Source: Candidatus Multivoradales bacterium (GTDB lineage: Bacteria; Acidobacteriota; Thermoanaerobaculia; Multivoradales; JAHEKO01). From it: a stretch of DNA of 64,000 bases. Numbering within the stretch: position 1 is the first letter of the stretch; every line of letters begins with the position of its first letter. The stretch covers positions 736,001 to 800,000 of the forward strand of contig CBDCXM010000009.1 in the NCBI GenBank assembly GCA_965223855.1. Reading direction: 5' to 3'. A model generated the notes under the pieces. The model made no database searches. It was not told the DNA's origin and was given only the letters and a program-made list of their open reading frames with translations. The position numbers were made by a program, and so were the translations under genes. Positions 1 through 10,274 of the stretch are shown here, piece after piece.

Positions 1-1
1 G

Positions 2-1243
2 ATCTTCCTCCTCGTTCACACCTATGAGGTGCACCACCCGTTCCGCCAGCGGGAGCCGTACTTCAGTCGCTTCAGCGACATCGACCTCGCGGACACCGCG
101 TCGCTCTCCTACCTGTCGAACGGCAAGACCGTCGGCCCGGACACCCTGCTGGCGAAATGGCCGACGATCCGGATGGAGGCGGGAGCCGCGAGAACCGACC
201 TCCCCCGGGATCTCGTGCCCGCCTGGATCGCCGCCTACGACAGCGGCATCGCCCACGCGGACGATCGGCTCGGGCCGCTCTTCTCGAAGCTCGACGACGA
301 CCTCTGGTCGGCCCGCACGGCCTCGGTGCTCATCTCGGACCACGGAGAGGCGCTCGGCGAGCACGGGCTCGCCAGCCACATGTACCTCGACGACTTCAAC
401 GCCCTCGTTCCGCTGGTCGTCAAGCCGCCAGGCGCATCGGGCCGCGGCCACCGGGTGCCGGACCAGGTGCGCCTGGTCGATCTATTCCCGACGCTGCTGG
501 AGCTCTCCGGTGCCGCGATACCCGACGGCCTCGACGGCGCGTCGCTGCTGCCGCTCGTTCGCGGCGAGCCGGACCCGGTCTCCGAACGACCCGCCTGGAC
601 CTACGCCGCCTTCTCGCGCCGCGGCATGGCGCTGCGCCTCGACAACCGGTGGAAGTACCGCTTCAACAACAGCGCAGCACAGGAGCTCCTCGGTCGGGAG
701 CAGCTCCACGATCTCGTCGCCGACCCGGACGAGACCGTCGATCTGGCTCCTTCGAGCGCCGAGACACCACGCCTGCGACGCCGCATGCTGCGCTATCTCA
801 TGGAGCACGGCACCGGGGTCCGGTTGCGGTTGAGCAACCCCACCGAAGAGCCGATCGCGCTCGTCTTCGTCGGCCCCGATCTCCAGTTCGTGACGCTCAA
901 GGCGGTACCGCAGGAGGGCGCCAGTCTCCATTGGTCCCATCACCTCCTGCGGGTCGATCTGGAGCCGGGGGGCCGACTCGCGCTGTTCGTCGAGCGCCTG
1001 CTGGAGGTCCGCCTCACCGCACGCATCCGTGGGGGGCCGGACGATCGCCGCCAGTGGGCGCTGGGGGACGACCAGCTGGGAGACGCGCTCGTCTGGGGCG
1101 GCGACGGCGTCGCCTGGTCATCCGATGTGGGATCGGGGGCGCCGATCCTCGAAATCGACCGCTTCGGCCCCAGCGCCGCCGCCGAGTCGGGAGATCAGAG
1201 CGTCCTTCAGCAACAGCTCGAAGCGCTGGGGTACCTCAATTGA
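2..1243 (+). CDS. Sulfatase-like / alkaline phosphatase superfamily protein, 5' truncated by the window edge
   Basis: Frame open from position 2 (FLLVHTYEVHHPF); ISDHGE, VPLVV, VRLVDLFPTLL and DPDE motifs; C-terminal LEALGY. Confidence 0.85.
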   Translation: MFLLVHTYEVHHPFRQREPYFSRFSDIDLADTASLSYLSNGKTVGPDTLLAKWPTIRMEAGAARTDLPRDLVPAWIAAYDSGIAHADDRLGPLFSKLDDDLWSARTASVLISDHGEALGEHGLASHMYLDDFNALVPLVVKPPGASGRGHRVPDQVRLVDLFPTLLELSGAAIPDGLDGASLLPLVRGEPDPVSERPAWTYAAFSRRGMALRLDNRWKYRFNNSAAQELLGREQLHDLVADPDETVDLAPSSAETPRLRRRMLRYLMEHGTGVRLRLSNPTEEPIALVFVGPDLQFVTLKAVPQEGASLHWSHHLLRVDLEPGGRLALFVERLLEVRLTARIRGGPDDRRQWALGDDQLGDALVWGGDGVAWSSDVGSGAPILEIDRFGPSAAAESGDQSVLQQQLEALGYLN

Positions 1244-1248
1244 GCGGC

Positions 1249-1710
1249 ATGCCCTCTTCGCTCCGGCAGCGGCTCCTCCTGGGCACGGTGGCTCTCGCGG
1301 TAGGGGTCGGCGGCTACCGCACGGTGCGCGGATTCGAGCCGCGTTCGAGCGAGCCGCCCCTGAGCGAGCCCAGGGAGCTGCACTGGATCGCCCGCTACGA
1401 GCGCGCCGCGCCGGCGCTGCGTCACGATGAGCGCGCCCTCTTCCTTCATTCGCGTGAGAGCAAGGGCAAGACCCGCTTCTTCCGAGCGCAGCTGATCCTC
1501 ACGCCGACGCGGCTCGTACCGCGGTCGGACGTCACGCGGGTGCTGAACGAGGAGTGGCCGGAGATGCCGATCCTTCTCGATTTCCGCCGTCAGGACGAGT
1601 TCCGCAACGTCGCCGCGCTGCTGCGCAGTCGCGCGAAGGCGCTGCGGCTCGAGGTCGAGGTCGAGCACCTCGATCGCGGCCTGCTGCTGATGCGACGAGC
1701 GGCGCCGTGA
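1249..1710 (+). CDS. Hypothetical protein with N-terminal membrane anchor
   Basis: ATG at 1249, GC3-rich codons, stop overlaps the next GTG start. Confidence 0.65.
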   Translation: MPSSLRQRLLLGTVALAVGVGGYRTVRGFEPRSSEPPLSEPRELHWIARYERAAPALRHDERALFLHSRESKGKTRFFRAQLILTPTRLVPRSDVTRVLNEEWPEMPILLDFRRQDEFRNVAALLRSRAKALRLEVEVEHLDRGLLLMRRAAP

Positions 1711-3077
1711 CGATCGTCCTGCCGCTCTTGATCGCCCTCTCGGGGGTTGCCGCGGTCGCCTGGTGCACGCGACCGCCGGATCGGGTGCCGCTCGCCGTAC
1801 TGTGGGGCCCGGCGATCGGCTTCGGCTGGATCTCTCTCCTCTTCTACAGCTGGCGACTCGCCGGTGGCGGCTCTTCGTTTTTTCCGTGGGTGCTGCTCGC
1901 CCTGACTCCCTTGCTCCTCTGGTGGTGTACCCGCCGGGCGCCTCTATCGCTACGGGAGCCGCGTCCCCCGACCGCGGCTCCGTCGCTTCTGAGCGGATGC
2001 GTGGCGTTGGTCGCCCTGGTCCTGGCGAGCCTCGAGCTCCACCAGGAGTACCTGCGACTGCCGCTCGGCACCTTCGACGCCAAAGCGATCTGGAACCCTC
2101 ACGCGCTCCTGCTCTACCGCGCGGAGGACGACCTCGCCGCGCGTTTCTCCACTCTCGTCTACGGCCACCCCAGCTACCCGCTGCTGCTGTGCGCCGGGTT
2201 GAGCGCACAGTTCGCCCTGCTCGGCGGCGACAATTTCCTGACTCCGGCGGTGCAGAGCTATCTGTTCACCGTCGTCACCGCCGGCGCGATCGTCGCCGCC
2301 CTCTACTGCCTCGGGGCCGGGCGCTGGGGAGCGTGGGCCGCGGCCCTCTATCTGTTGACGCCGGCGCTTCATCGCTGGGGGGTGTCGCAGTGCGCCGACA
2401 TCCCGCTGTCCTATCTGGTTGTCGTCGCCGCGACGAGTCTCGCCCTCTATCTGACCCGCGGCTCCCGCAGCGCCGGCGTCGGAGCGCTCGCCGGCCTCGC
2501 CACCGGCATGCTCCCGTGGACCAAGAACGAGGGCCTGCTCCTCGCCGGCATTCTCGCCCTCTCCTGGATGTTCGTGCGCTGGCGCTTCCTCGCCCCCGCC
2601 GATCGGCCGCGCCTTCGCCCGGTCGCCCTCGGGGTGATTCCCGGCCTCGCGAGCCTCGTTCTCTTCAAGGCTCTGTGGTCGCCGCGCGACGAGCTCGCCG
2701 ACTTCGCCGGCAGCGCGCTGCCGAACATCCTCGACCTCGAGCGCTGGAGAATCGTCACGGCAGCCTTCCGGCAGGAGCTCTCTCCCGTCGGCGGGCTGGC
2801 ACAATGGGGCATCGTCTGGATCATGCTCGTCGGCGTCGCGCTGGCGGTCCGGTCCGCCTGGCGGGGCAACGCCGCGGTTTCCTTCCTCGGGATCGTCAGC
2901 GCGCTCGTTCTCCTCACCTGGTTCGGCGTCTACCTCGGAACGCTCCACGACCCGCAATGGCACCTCGACACGTCCTTCCGCCGGCTGCTGTTGCAACTGC
3001 TCCCGGTTGCGCTCGTCGCCGTCTTCGCCGCAGCGGGCCGCTCCATCGGCTCGCCGACCACCGCCGGGCGCTCATGA
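1707..3077 (+). CDS. Multi-pass membrane glycosyltransferase (GT-C/PMT-like)
   Basis: Many TM segments; DAKAIW, HPSYPLL, ADIPL and WTKNEG motifs typical of GT39-like proteins. Confidence 0.7.
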   Translation: MTIVLPLLIALSGVAAVAWCTRPPDRVPLAVLWGPAIGFGWISLLFYSWRLAGGGSSFFPWVLLALTPLLLWWCTRRAPLSLREPRPPTAAPSLLSGCVALVALVLASLELHQEYLRLPLGTFDAKAIWNPHALLLYRAEDDLAARFSTLVYGHPSYPLLLCAGLSAQFALLGGDNFLTPAVQSYLFTVVTAGAIVAALYCLGAGRWGAWAAALYLLTPALHRWGVSQCADIPLSYLVVVAATSLALYLTRGSRSAGVGALAGLATGMLPWTKNEGLLLAGILALSWMFVRWRFLAPADRPRLRPVALGVIPGLASLVLFKALWSPRDELADFAGSALPNILDLERWRIVTAAFRQELSPVGGLAQWGIVWIMLVGVALAVRSAWRGNAAVSFLGIVSALVLLTWFGVYLGTLHDPQWHLDTSFRRLLLQLLPVALVAVFAAAGRSIGSPTTAGRS

Positions 3078-4539
3078 CGGCCGCGCCGGCAGCGCTCCTG
3101 GGGCTCGCGCTTTTCGTCGGCGCCGTGGCGCTCGAAGGCCAGGTTCCGGAGCCGGTAGACCCTCCTTCCGAAACCGCAAACGAGGCTCGCGTTGCCGGCG
3201 AGAGCGCCGCCGAGGGGGGCGCTGCCGAAGCGGCCACCGGCGAGGCTCCCGCCACCGAGGCTGCGAAGGGATTCCAGCCGGTCGAGGCTTCGCTGGCAAT
3301 CGTCGCGGAGGTGGGGGCCCCGCTCACCGGCGGCGATCCGAAGCGGATCGTGACCAATCTCGGCCTGCCGGTGACCGACGCGCTCGGCCGACTCTCCTTC
3401 ACCGGCACCTGGGCCCCGGTGGCGGAGGACGGCACCCCCACAGCCGTGGAGGAGGGCTTTGTGTGGCAGAACGGTGCCGTGACCTGGCGGCACGGCGACG
3501 CTCCCGAGGCAAAGCTGCTGGGAACCTCCCCGCAGATGGGCAGCTCCGAGCCGGGCCGCTTTCTGTTCCGCACTCAGATCGACGGTGAGGCGGGTCTGTG
3601 GTCACAGGAGGGGAGGGTGCTGCGCAACGGCGAGCCGGCCCCCGGCTTCGGACCCGACTCCAGGGTGCTCTTTCTTCGCCGGCCCAGGGTGATCCCCTCG
3701 GGCGACGCCTACTGGATCGCCGAGGTGCGCGACCGCAAGGGCCCCCGAGGAAAGGTGCGGGCGCTCTTTCGCCGCAGCGCCTCCGGCACGACCGCGGTCC
3801 TGCTGCGCTCGGACGACGCGCTCGGCGACGCCGTGGTCGATCGGCCCCGCGGGCTCGACCTCGCCTACGACGTCAGTCCGAGCGGCAGCCATTGGGCCCA
3901 GGTCGCCTACCTGACGAAGGAGGATGGCAAGTCGCGGCAGGTGGTGGTCGTCGACGGCGTGGCGGCGCTGTGGCAGGGCGACGCGACAGGAGACCTCGAC
4001 CGGCAGATCTGGGGGCGGTTCCACAGTGTGAGCATCGACGATGCCGGGCGCACCCTGGTGAGCGCTTCGACCTCCGGCTCGCCTGTCGACTCGGTCGTCG
4101 CGCTCGACGGCAGGGTGCTGATGAGGGAAGGAGAGCAGGTCGCCGGCCGCACCCTGCGCCCGCCCGCCAAGGGGTTGGCGATCTCCTCACGGACGGGCGG
4201 GCGAGCGACGATCGTCTGGTCGGTCGGCGGCATGGGTGAGGAGCTGGTTTCGACCTGTGCGATGTCGAGGACCCGGCGACCGCCACGCTGGTCCTCGAGT
4301 CGCGCACTCGCATCGACCTGGACGGCGACGGCGCGGTCGACGGCTCGATCGAGCGCCTCGCCGATCTGGGGCACGGCGACCCGTTGGCAGCGATCACCGA
4401 CACCCACCTCTTTCTCGCCGTGCAGCTCGATCGCGCCGACGCAGCCGGCATGCACGAGGCGATCGTCTCCTTACCGCTGCCTGCCTGCCCTCCCGAGGAG
4501 GACGGTGCAGCGCCACCGCAGAGCACGACACCGGGTTGA
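3074..4539 (+). CDS. Secreted beta-propeller-like repeat protein, frameshifted at about 4248-4250
   Basis: Signal peptide MTAAPAALLGLALFVGAVA; adding one T to TTT at 4248 continues the frame (FDLCDVEDP...DLDGDG...LPAC) to TGA 4537-4539; paralogous to the next gene. Confidence 0.7.
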
Positions 4540-5820
4540 GTGCACCTACGGCAAGACGTTGCGCACTCCTGATCGCGCTGGCGATCGCCGCGTTGCCGGC
4601 GACCGTCGGAGAGAACCGATGCCGGTCCGCCCGAGCGGGCTGGCAACGCGGCTCGATCCGATCACTTCCGAGTGCTCTTCCGTGCCGGACAACGTCTCCC
4701 CGGCGCCCAACTGCCGATCGCGAGTCTCGGACTGCCGACGAGCGACGGCGACGGCCGTTTCGCCTTCACCGGTCTGCTCGCGGACGGCGACGGCTTCGTC
4801 TGGCGCGACGGCTCGCTGCGATGGCTCAACAGCTCGGCCCCTCCGCCCGCACCGACGGGCGCCGCTCCATCGATGGGGCTCGGAGACGCGGACCAGTTCG
4901 TCTTCAGAACACAGCTGCAGGGAGCGGACACGCTGTGGTCGGGTTCGGGCCCGCTCCTCAGCGCCGGAGATCCGGCGCCCGGGATCGCCGGCGCCACCAT
5001 CGACTTCAACCGGCGCCCGACGATGGCCCCCGACGGCACGGCCTTCTGGCTCTCCGGTTATACCGCCACGGCCACCGGCGCCCTCGGGCGGGCGCTCTAC
5101 GCCAGCCCCGGCACCGACCCGGGCACGATCGTTCCGCTACTGCGCTCCGGAGATCTGGTCGACGGTGTTCCGATCGCCGGCAATCTCGGTCTGGCTCTCG
5201 GTTTCCGCGTGTCCCGCAATCTCGCCCATCTCATCCATGCCATCCGGCTCGCCACCGGCGGTGCAGGCGTCGAAGAGGCGATCTACGTCGACGGAACGAT
5301 CGCCGCGCGTGAGGGGGACAAGGCAGGCCCCGGCGAACACTGGACGCGATTCTTCGAGGTGACGATCAACAACAACGGCGACTACCTCTTCAGCGCCTCG
5401 ACCGATGCCGACGACGACAGCGATCAGGTTCTCGCCCACAACGGCGAGGTGGTCCTGCGAGAGGGCGATCGGGTCGACGGGTTCCTGCTGACTCCGGGCG
5501 CGCGCGTTCTGAGCGTCGATCTCGACGACGACGGGCGAGTCGCCCATCTGTGGCTGACCGACAACTTCGGCCCGGAGCATCTCTTCTTCGCCTGCTCCGT
5601 CGACGAGATTCACCAGTCGGTGCGCCTCTTCTCCGCCGCCCGCAACACCCTGAGCGTGCGCCCGTTCGTGCGCTTCGCCGACATCGCCTTCGGCCCCGCC
5701 CTGTGGCTCGCGACCGGTTCCGATCGGCTGTGGGTGCAGGTCGAGGTCGGCAAGCGCACACCGGACGGCTTCGTCCTGGTGGACGCGATCGTCGAGATCG
5801 ACCTGCCGAGCTGCGACTAG
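4536..5820 (+). CDS. Secreted beta-propeller-like repeat protein, paralog of the upstream gene; probable frameshift near 4610
   Basis: Main ORF 4672-5820 aligns with the upstream protein (LGLP..DG.GR.AFTG, GFVW, LLRSGD, VLREG); a signal peptide (ALLIALAIAALPA) starts at TTG 4536 in another frame. Confidence 0.7.
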
Positions 5821-5999
5821 CCTGCATGATTCATGAGATCCCGTCGCGAAAGGTCGAGGTGTCCGTCAGATCGGGCCACTCGCAGCGACGAGCCCCGCAG
5901 GCGTACTTGCAGCACGTCGAGGAGGCGAGGAGCGAGGACGGCCCGAGATGGCGGGCAAATCGACCTTGCAGCAGGGAACTCGTGAATTATGCAGGCTAG
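5817..5999. mobile_element. MITE-like non-autonomous element, about 180 bp
   Basis: Terminal inverted repeats TAGCCTGCATGATTCATGAG / CTCGTGAATTATGCAGGCTA (18/20), CTAG at both ends, long internal imperfect palindrome. Confidence 0.8.
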
Positions 6000-6008
6000 C
6001 TCGGCCCG

Positions 6009-6599
6009 CTACTCGGTTGCGGACGCCGGCTCGGCGGTGACACGGCGCGCCGTCTCGACGATGACCGGCTCGACCGGGACGTCCGACATCCGCCCGACCC
6101 GCTGTGTCGGCACGGCGGCGATCGCGTCGATCACCTCCATCCCTTCGACCACGTGGGCGAAGACCGTGTAGCCCCAACCGTCATAGCTCGGCGGATCGAG
6201 CTGTGTGTTGTCGACCACGTTGACGAAGAACTGCGAGGTCGCGCTGTGCGGCGCCTGGGTGCGAGCCAGCGCGACGCTGCCGCGCACGTTGCTCAGCCCG
6301 TTCGCCGCCTCGTTCTCGACCCCGGCGCCGGTCGCCTTCTTGTCCATCTTGGTGTCGAAGCCGCCCGTCTGGACCATGAAGTCGGCGATCACGCGATGAA
6401 AGACCGTGCCGTCGTAGAAGCCGTCGTCGACGTATCCGAGGATGTTGGCGACCGACTTCGGCGCCTTGTCGGCCTCGAGCTCGATCACGAAGCGGCCCAT
6501 CGACGTTTCGAAGGCGACACGCGGATTCGCATCCTTGGCGACCGCGGCCGCCGCGAAGAGCAGCAGGAAGACCATCGTCAGGGTGGGCTTTCGGTTCAT
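6009..6599 (-). CDS. ppiA: Periplasmic cyclophilin-type peptidyl-prolyl isomerase
   Basis: Signal peptide; FYDGTVFHRVI, MVQTGG, SATSQFFVN, GYTVF motifs. Confidence 0.93.
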   Translation of the reverse strand: MNRKPTLTMVFLLLFAAAAVAKDANPRVAFETSMGRFVIELEADKAPKSVANILGYVDDGFYDGTVFHRVIADFMVQTGGFDTKMDKKATGAGVENEAANGLSNVRGSVALARTQAPHSATSQFFVNVVDNTQLDPPSYDGWGYTVFAHVVEGMEVIDAIAAVPTQRVGRMSDVPVEPVIVETARRVTAEPASATE

Positions 6600-6931
6600 C
6601 ACGGCTTCTCCTCGGGTTCGTCGCCGGCCCGCTTCGCGAGCTGGCGCAGGAAGTCGAAACGGTAGATCCCCGTGGCATGACCGTCCGACCACTGGATCGA
6701 GATCGCGTAGTTGCCGACCGGAGTGATGGTCAGCGCTTCGACGCCCTGGCTCGGGGCGTGGAAGCTCACCTCTTCGGCCCAGTGGCCCTGACAGCCGGCG
6801 CACGGACAGTAGCCGCGCAGGGTCCGGTAATCGAGCTCGGCATCGAAGCCGTCCGCCCACCCCAGGTGGAGCGAAGATCGCTCGGGCTGCCGGCGCACTT
6901 CGGTGAGGACAGGTTCTGTGCTCATCGCCAT
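6599..6931 (-). CDS. DUF971 (GBBH N-terminal-like) protein
   Basis: LRGYCPCAGC, VGNYAI, WSDGHATGIY motifs. Confidence 0.9.
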   Translation of the reverse strand: MAMSTEPVLTEVRRQPERSSLHLGWADGFDAELDYRTLRGYCPCAGCQGHWAEEVSFHAPSQGVEALTITPVGNYAISIQWSDGHATGIYRFDFLRQLAKRAGDEPEEKP

Positions 6932-6968
6932 CGCTCTGCGTCCCGAGCCCGCGCCCGGGAGGCGAATG

Positions 6969-7313
6969 CTACCCCACGAGGGAAGTCGGAGGAGGAGGGT
7001 CGACCGTGCCGGCTGGCGTCCACGGTCCGCAACGCAGGATCCTCCACACCGCCCTCAGGCCGCCCCCGAGGGCGCCATGGCTTTCCAGCACGGCGAGCCC
7101 GTAGTGGCTGCAGGTCGGCTCGAAGCGGCACTCGACGCCACTCGACGCGAGCCACGGCGAAAGGGTCCGCTGATAGAGCCTGACACCGGCGACCAGGGTG
7201 CGGCCGCTCCACTGCCGTTCAGGAGCGGCCCCCAGGTCGAGGCCGGCGAGAAAGCCGGCGACCACGACCGCGATCGCCAGCCCTCTCCTGCGCGACCTCC
7301 CGGCGGGGCTCAA
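6969..7313 (-). CDS. YidD-family membrane protein insertion factor, second paralog
   Basis: YQRTLSP, CRFEPTCSHY, RILRCGPW, GTVDPP motifs. Confidence 0.85.
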   Translation of the reverse strand: MSPAGRSRRRGLAIAVVVAGFLAGLDLGAAPERQWSGRTLVAGVRLYQRTLSPWLASSGVECRFEPTCSHYGLAVLESHGALGGGLRAVWRILRCGPWTPAGTVDPPPPTSLVG

Positions 7314-7353
7314 GGCGCTCCCACCGGCAAGGCCGCGACGCGCGGAAGGCGCG

Positions 7354-7731
7354 TCAGAACTTGTCGGCGTACTGGCTGATGCCGGGAATCATGACGCGCT
7401 CGCCGTTGAGCGCCTTGACGATGCAGTAGATGTGCAGCGCCAGGCCGGCGAGAGGAATCAGGAGACCGAGGATCGCCACGGCGCATCCGAGCACCGGCAC
7501 CATCGAGACGATCGAGAAGACGATGCTCAATGCGATCCACATCACCAGCAGCACGATGCCGTGCTTGGCGTGCCACTGGACTTCGGCGTCGTCCTTCTCG
7601 ACCAGCAGCGGTACCAGGGCGAGGATGCCCAGGTACGACAGGATCAACATCAGGGTCCTGTTGGACGAGCCGCCTTCGGGGGCGGCGGGTGCCGGCTCGC
7701 TCGGCGGCGGCGGCGGGGTCGGTTCGCTCAT
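7354..7731 (-). CDS. DUF4870-like membrane protein
   Basis: LSYLG, VQWHAKHG, KALNGE and IPGI motifs; three TM segments. Confidence 0.8.
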   Translation of the reverse strand: MSEPTPPPPPSEPAPAAPEGGSSNRTLMLILSYLGILALVPLLVEKDDAEVQWHAKHGIVLLVMWIALSIVFSIVSMVPVLGCAVAILGLLIPLAGLALHIYCIVKALNGERVMIPGISQYADKF

Positions 7732-7839
7732 TCCACGCTCTCCTTGTCGAACAACGACCGCAGGGTGCTTCGCGGTATTGGGTTGATGGGGTCATGCTAG
7801 CAGCTTGCCCGGAAAGAGGCGCACGGCCGCGGGTGGCCG

Positions 7840-8430
7840 TTACAACAGCATCACGCCGAGAGCTCGCAGCCGCTCGCGAGTGGCCGGCAGTCGCGACGGT
7901 GCGACCCTCAGCACGCAGCGCACCCGCTCCTCGAAGATCGTCTCGCCGACTTCGATCGCAGGCGGGGTGACGAGTCGCTCGACCGCCCCCCAGGTGGCAT
8001 AGTCGACCGTCAGGCGAAGCTCCTCGTAGCGCCAGCGACGCGCGACCTCGAGCGCGGCCAACGCCTCGCGCACGGCACCGCCGTAGGCACGAACGAGACC
8101 GCCCCTGCCGAGCTTCGTGCCGCCGAACCAGCGCGCGACGACAGCGCTCACGTCCGACACTCCGGCCCCGACCAGCGCCTGGAGAATCGGCGCTCCGGCG
8201 GTGCCGCTCGGCTCCCCGTCGTCGCTCGAGCGCTCCCGTGGCGGGTCACCGAGCCGCCACGCCCAGCAATGATGGGTCGCCGCCGGGTGCTGCTCGCGCC
8301 GGCGATCGAGGTGGGCGCGAGCCTCCTCTTCGCTCCGCACCGGCTCCAGCCAGGCGACGAAGCGCGAGCCGCGATCGACGAGCCCACCCTCGGCCGCGCC
8401 GCCGGCGATCGGGTAGCTGTCGTCAGTCAC
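7840..8430 (-). CDS. yigZ: YigZ/IMPACT family protein
   Basis: SRF, ATHHCWAW, SDDGEPSGTAG, RWFGGTKLG.GGLVRAY. Confidence 0.92.
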   Translation of the reverse strand: MTDDSYPIAGGAAEGGLVDRGSRFVAWLEPVRSEEEARAHLDRRREQHPAATHHCWAWRLGDPPRERSSDDGEPSGTAGAPILQALVGAGVSDVSAVVARWFGGTKLGRGGLVRAYGGAVREALAALEVARRWRYEELRLTVDYATWGAVERLVTPPAIEVGETIFEERVRCVLRVAPSRLPATRERLRALGVMLL

Positions 8431-9547
8431 TCTCGAGGGTGCGGCGGTAGAGCTGCCGGTAGCGCTCGACGATCGCGTCCTCCGAGAATCGCTCGACGGC
8501 GGTCGTCCGCGCCGCCCGGCTGACCGTATCCCAGCGCTCGGCATCGCCGAGCAACGCGAGCGCCGCTTCGGCCATGCCGTCGACATCTCCCACCGGCCGC
8601 AGGAACCCGGTCACCCCCTCCTCGACCACCTCCGGCAGTCCGCCGACCCGGGTGGCGACGACCGGCACGGCGCAAGACATCGCCTCGAGCGCGGCGAGAC
8701 CGAACGACTCGGTCTCCGAAGGCAGCAGGAAGAGGTCGGCACCGACGAGCACCTCTTCGATCGCCTCGGTCGCGCCGACGAAGCTCACCCGGTCGCAGGT
8801 TTCGCTCTGGCGGCAGCGCTGCTCGACCAGCGCCCGGTCGGGGCCGTCACCGACCAGCAGCAGGCGGCAATCGACCTGCTCCACGACGCGCTCGAACACC
8901 CGCAGCACGTCGAGCACCCGCTTGACCGGACGGAAGTTGGAGACGTGCACCAGCAGCCGCTCGCCGTCGCGCGCCCAGCGCCTCGCGCCGGCGCCGACAC
9001 GTGCCGTCTCGTAGCGGTCGGGGTCGATGAAATTGGGGATCACGTCGATCTCCCGCATGGTGGCGAAGTGCTCGACGGTGTCGCGACGCAGCGACTCCGA
9101 CACGGTCGTCACCGTATCGCTCCTCTCGATGCCGTAACGGGTGGTGGCGAGGTAGTTCGGGTCGTTGCCGACGAGCGTGATGTCGGTCCCGTGAAGCGTC
9201 GTCACCACCTTGAGGTGGTTGCCGCCGACGATGTCGCGCGCCAGCACCGCCGACACCGCGTTGGGCACCGCGTAGTGCACGTGGAGCAGATCGAGCTCCT
9301 GGTAGCGCGCCACCTCGGCCATCTTGGTCGCCAGGGCGAGGCTGTAGGGCGGATACTCGAACAGCGGGTAGTGCGGCACCACCACCTCGTGAAAGGCGAG
9401 GTTCGGATCGACCAGCCGCAGGCGCGACGGCATGGCGTAGCTGATGACGTGTACCTCGTCGCCGAGGCGTGCCAGCGCCATCGCCAACTCGGTGGCGACG
9501 ACACCCGAGCCGCCGAGCGTCGGGTAGCAGCTGATGCCGATCTTCAC
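8423..9547 (-). CDS. bshA: N-acetyl-alpha-D-glucosaminyl L-malate synthase
   Basis: MKIGISCYPTLGGSGVVATEL, HVHYAVP, TTLHGTDIT, SNFRPVKR, ESFGLAALEAM. Confidence 0.95.
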   Translation of the reverse strand: MKIGISCYPTLGGSGVVATELAMALARLGDEVHVISYAMPSRLRLVDPNLAFHEVVVPHYPLFEYPPYSLALATKMAEVARYQELDLLHVHYAVPNAVSAVLARDIVGGNHLKVVTTLHGTDITLVGNDPNYLATTRYGIERSDTVTTVSESLRRDTVEHFATMREIDVIPNFIDPDRYETARVGAGARRWARDGERLLVHVSNFRPVKRVLDVLRVFERVVEQVDCRLLLVGDGPDRALVEQRCRQSETCDRVSFVGATEAIEEVLVGADLFLLPSETESFGLAALEAMSCAVPVVATRVGGLPEVVEEGVTGFLRPVGDVDGMAEAALALLGDAERWDTVSRAARTTAVERFSEDAIVERYRQLYRRTLESD

Positions 9548-10269
9548 CGCAGTCCTCGCGGCAACAGGTCGAGCGGGTCGGTCACGGCGAGCGGAAGAGG
9601 CGTCCAGAAGGGCTCTCCGAACTCGGCACCGATCGTCAGCCCGAAGTGGCGCGCGCGCCCCTCCACGGCGTGGCGAAACTCCTCCGAGGCGACCTTGGTC
9701 GCCGGCTCGTCGCGCGACTCTCCCGGCTGATGAAGCTGGCTTCGGTAGGCGCCGAGCGCGGCGAGCTTGCGCTCCCAGACCGGCGTCACGTCGACGACGA
9801 AGCGCGGCTCGAACGGGTCGTGCTGCATGTACGAATGGACCGCCGCCGGGCGATGCGGCTCGCCGGTACCGCGTCGCGCCAGGCCGGCATAGAAGGCCGC
9901 GTCGGCGACCAGCCGGTGAGCGCGCCCGTGGTCGGGGTGACGGTCCGCCGGTGAAGGCCCGAGGACGAGGTCGGGCCGCCAGCGGCGCAGCACCGCGATC
10001 AACGCATCCTCCTCGTCGCGACCGCGACGCAGCCCGCCGTCGCCGCAGTGCAGGAACTCGATCGCCTCGACACCGAGCTCGGCGGCGGCGGCGCGCGCCT
10101 CGAGCTCGCGCTCTTCAGGAGTCCCGCGAGTGCCCGCCTCGCCGCGGGTCAGGTGAACGATGCCGACCGCGCGGCCGCTACCGGTCAACCGGGCGACCGT
10201 GCCCCCGCAGCCGAGTTCGACATCGTCGGGGTGGGCACCGATCGCCACCACATCCAGTTTCTCGCTCAT
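9544..10269 (-). CDS. bshB1: Bacillithiol biosynthesis deacetylase
   Basis: GAHPDDVELGCGG, GEAGTRGT, DRHPDH; lies between bshC and bshA. Confidence 0.92.
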   Translation of the reverse strand: MSEKLDVVAIGAHPDDVELGCGGTVARLTGSGRAVGIVHLTRGEAGTRGTPEERELEARAAAAELGVEAIEFLHCGDGGLRRGRDEEDALIAVLRRWRPDLVLGPSPADRHPDHGRAHRLVADAAFYAGLARRGTGEPHRPAAVHSYMQHDPFEPRFVVDVTPVWERKLAALGAYRSQLHQPGESRDEPATKVASEEFRHAVEGRARHFGLTIGAEFGEPFWTPLPLAVTDPLDLLPRGLR

Positions 10270-10274
10270 CCGTC

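Noticed and set aside
4248-4250. Frameshift in the first propeller gene (and probably another near 4610) as programmed or phase-variable
   Set aside because: Single-base indel in a short run with no slippery motif; several similar cases in the window point to long-read error
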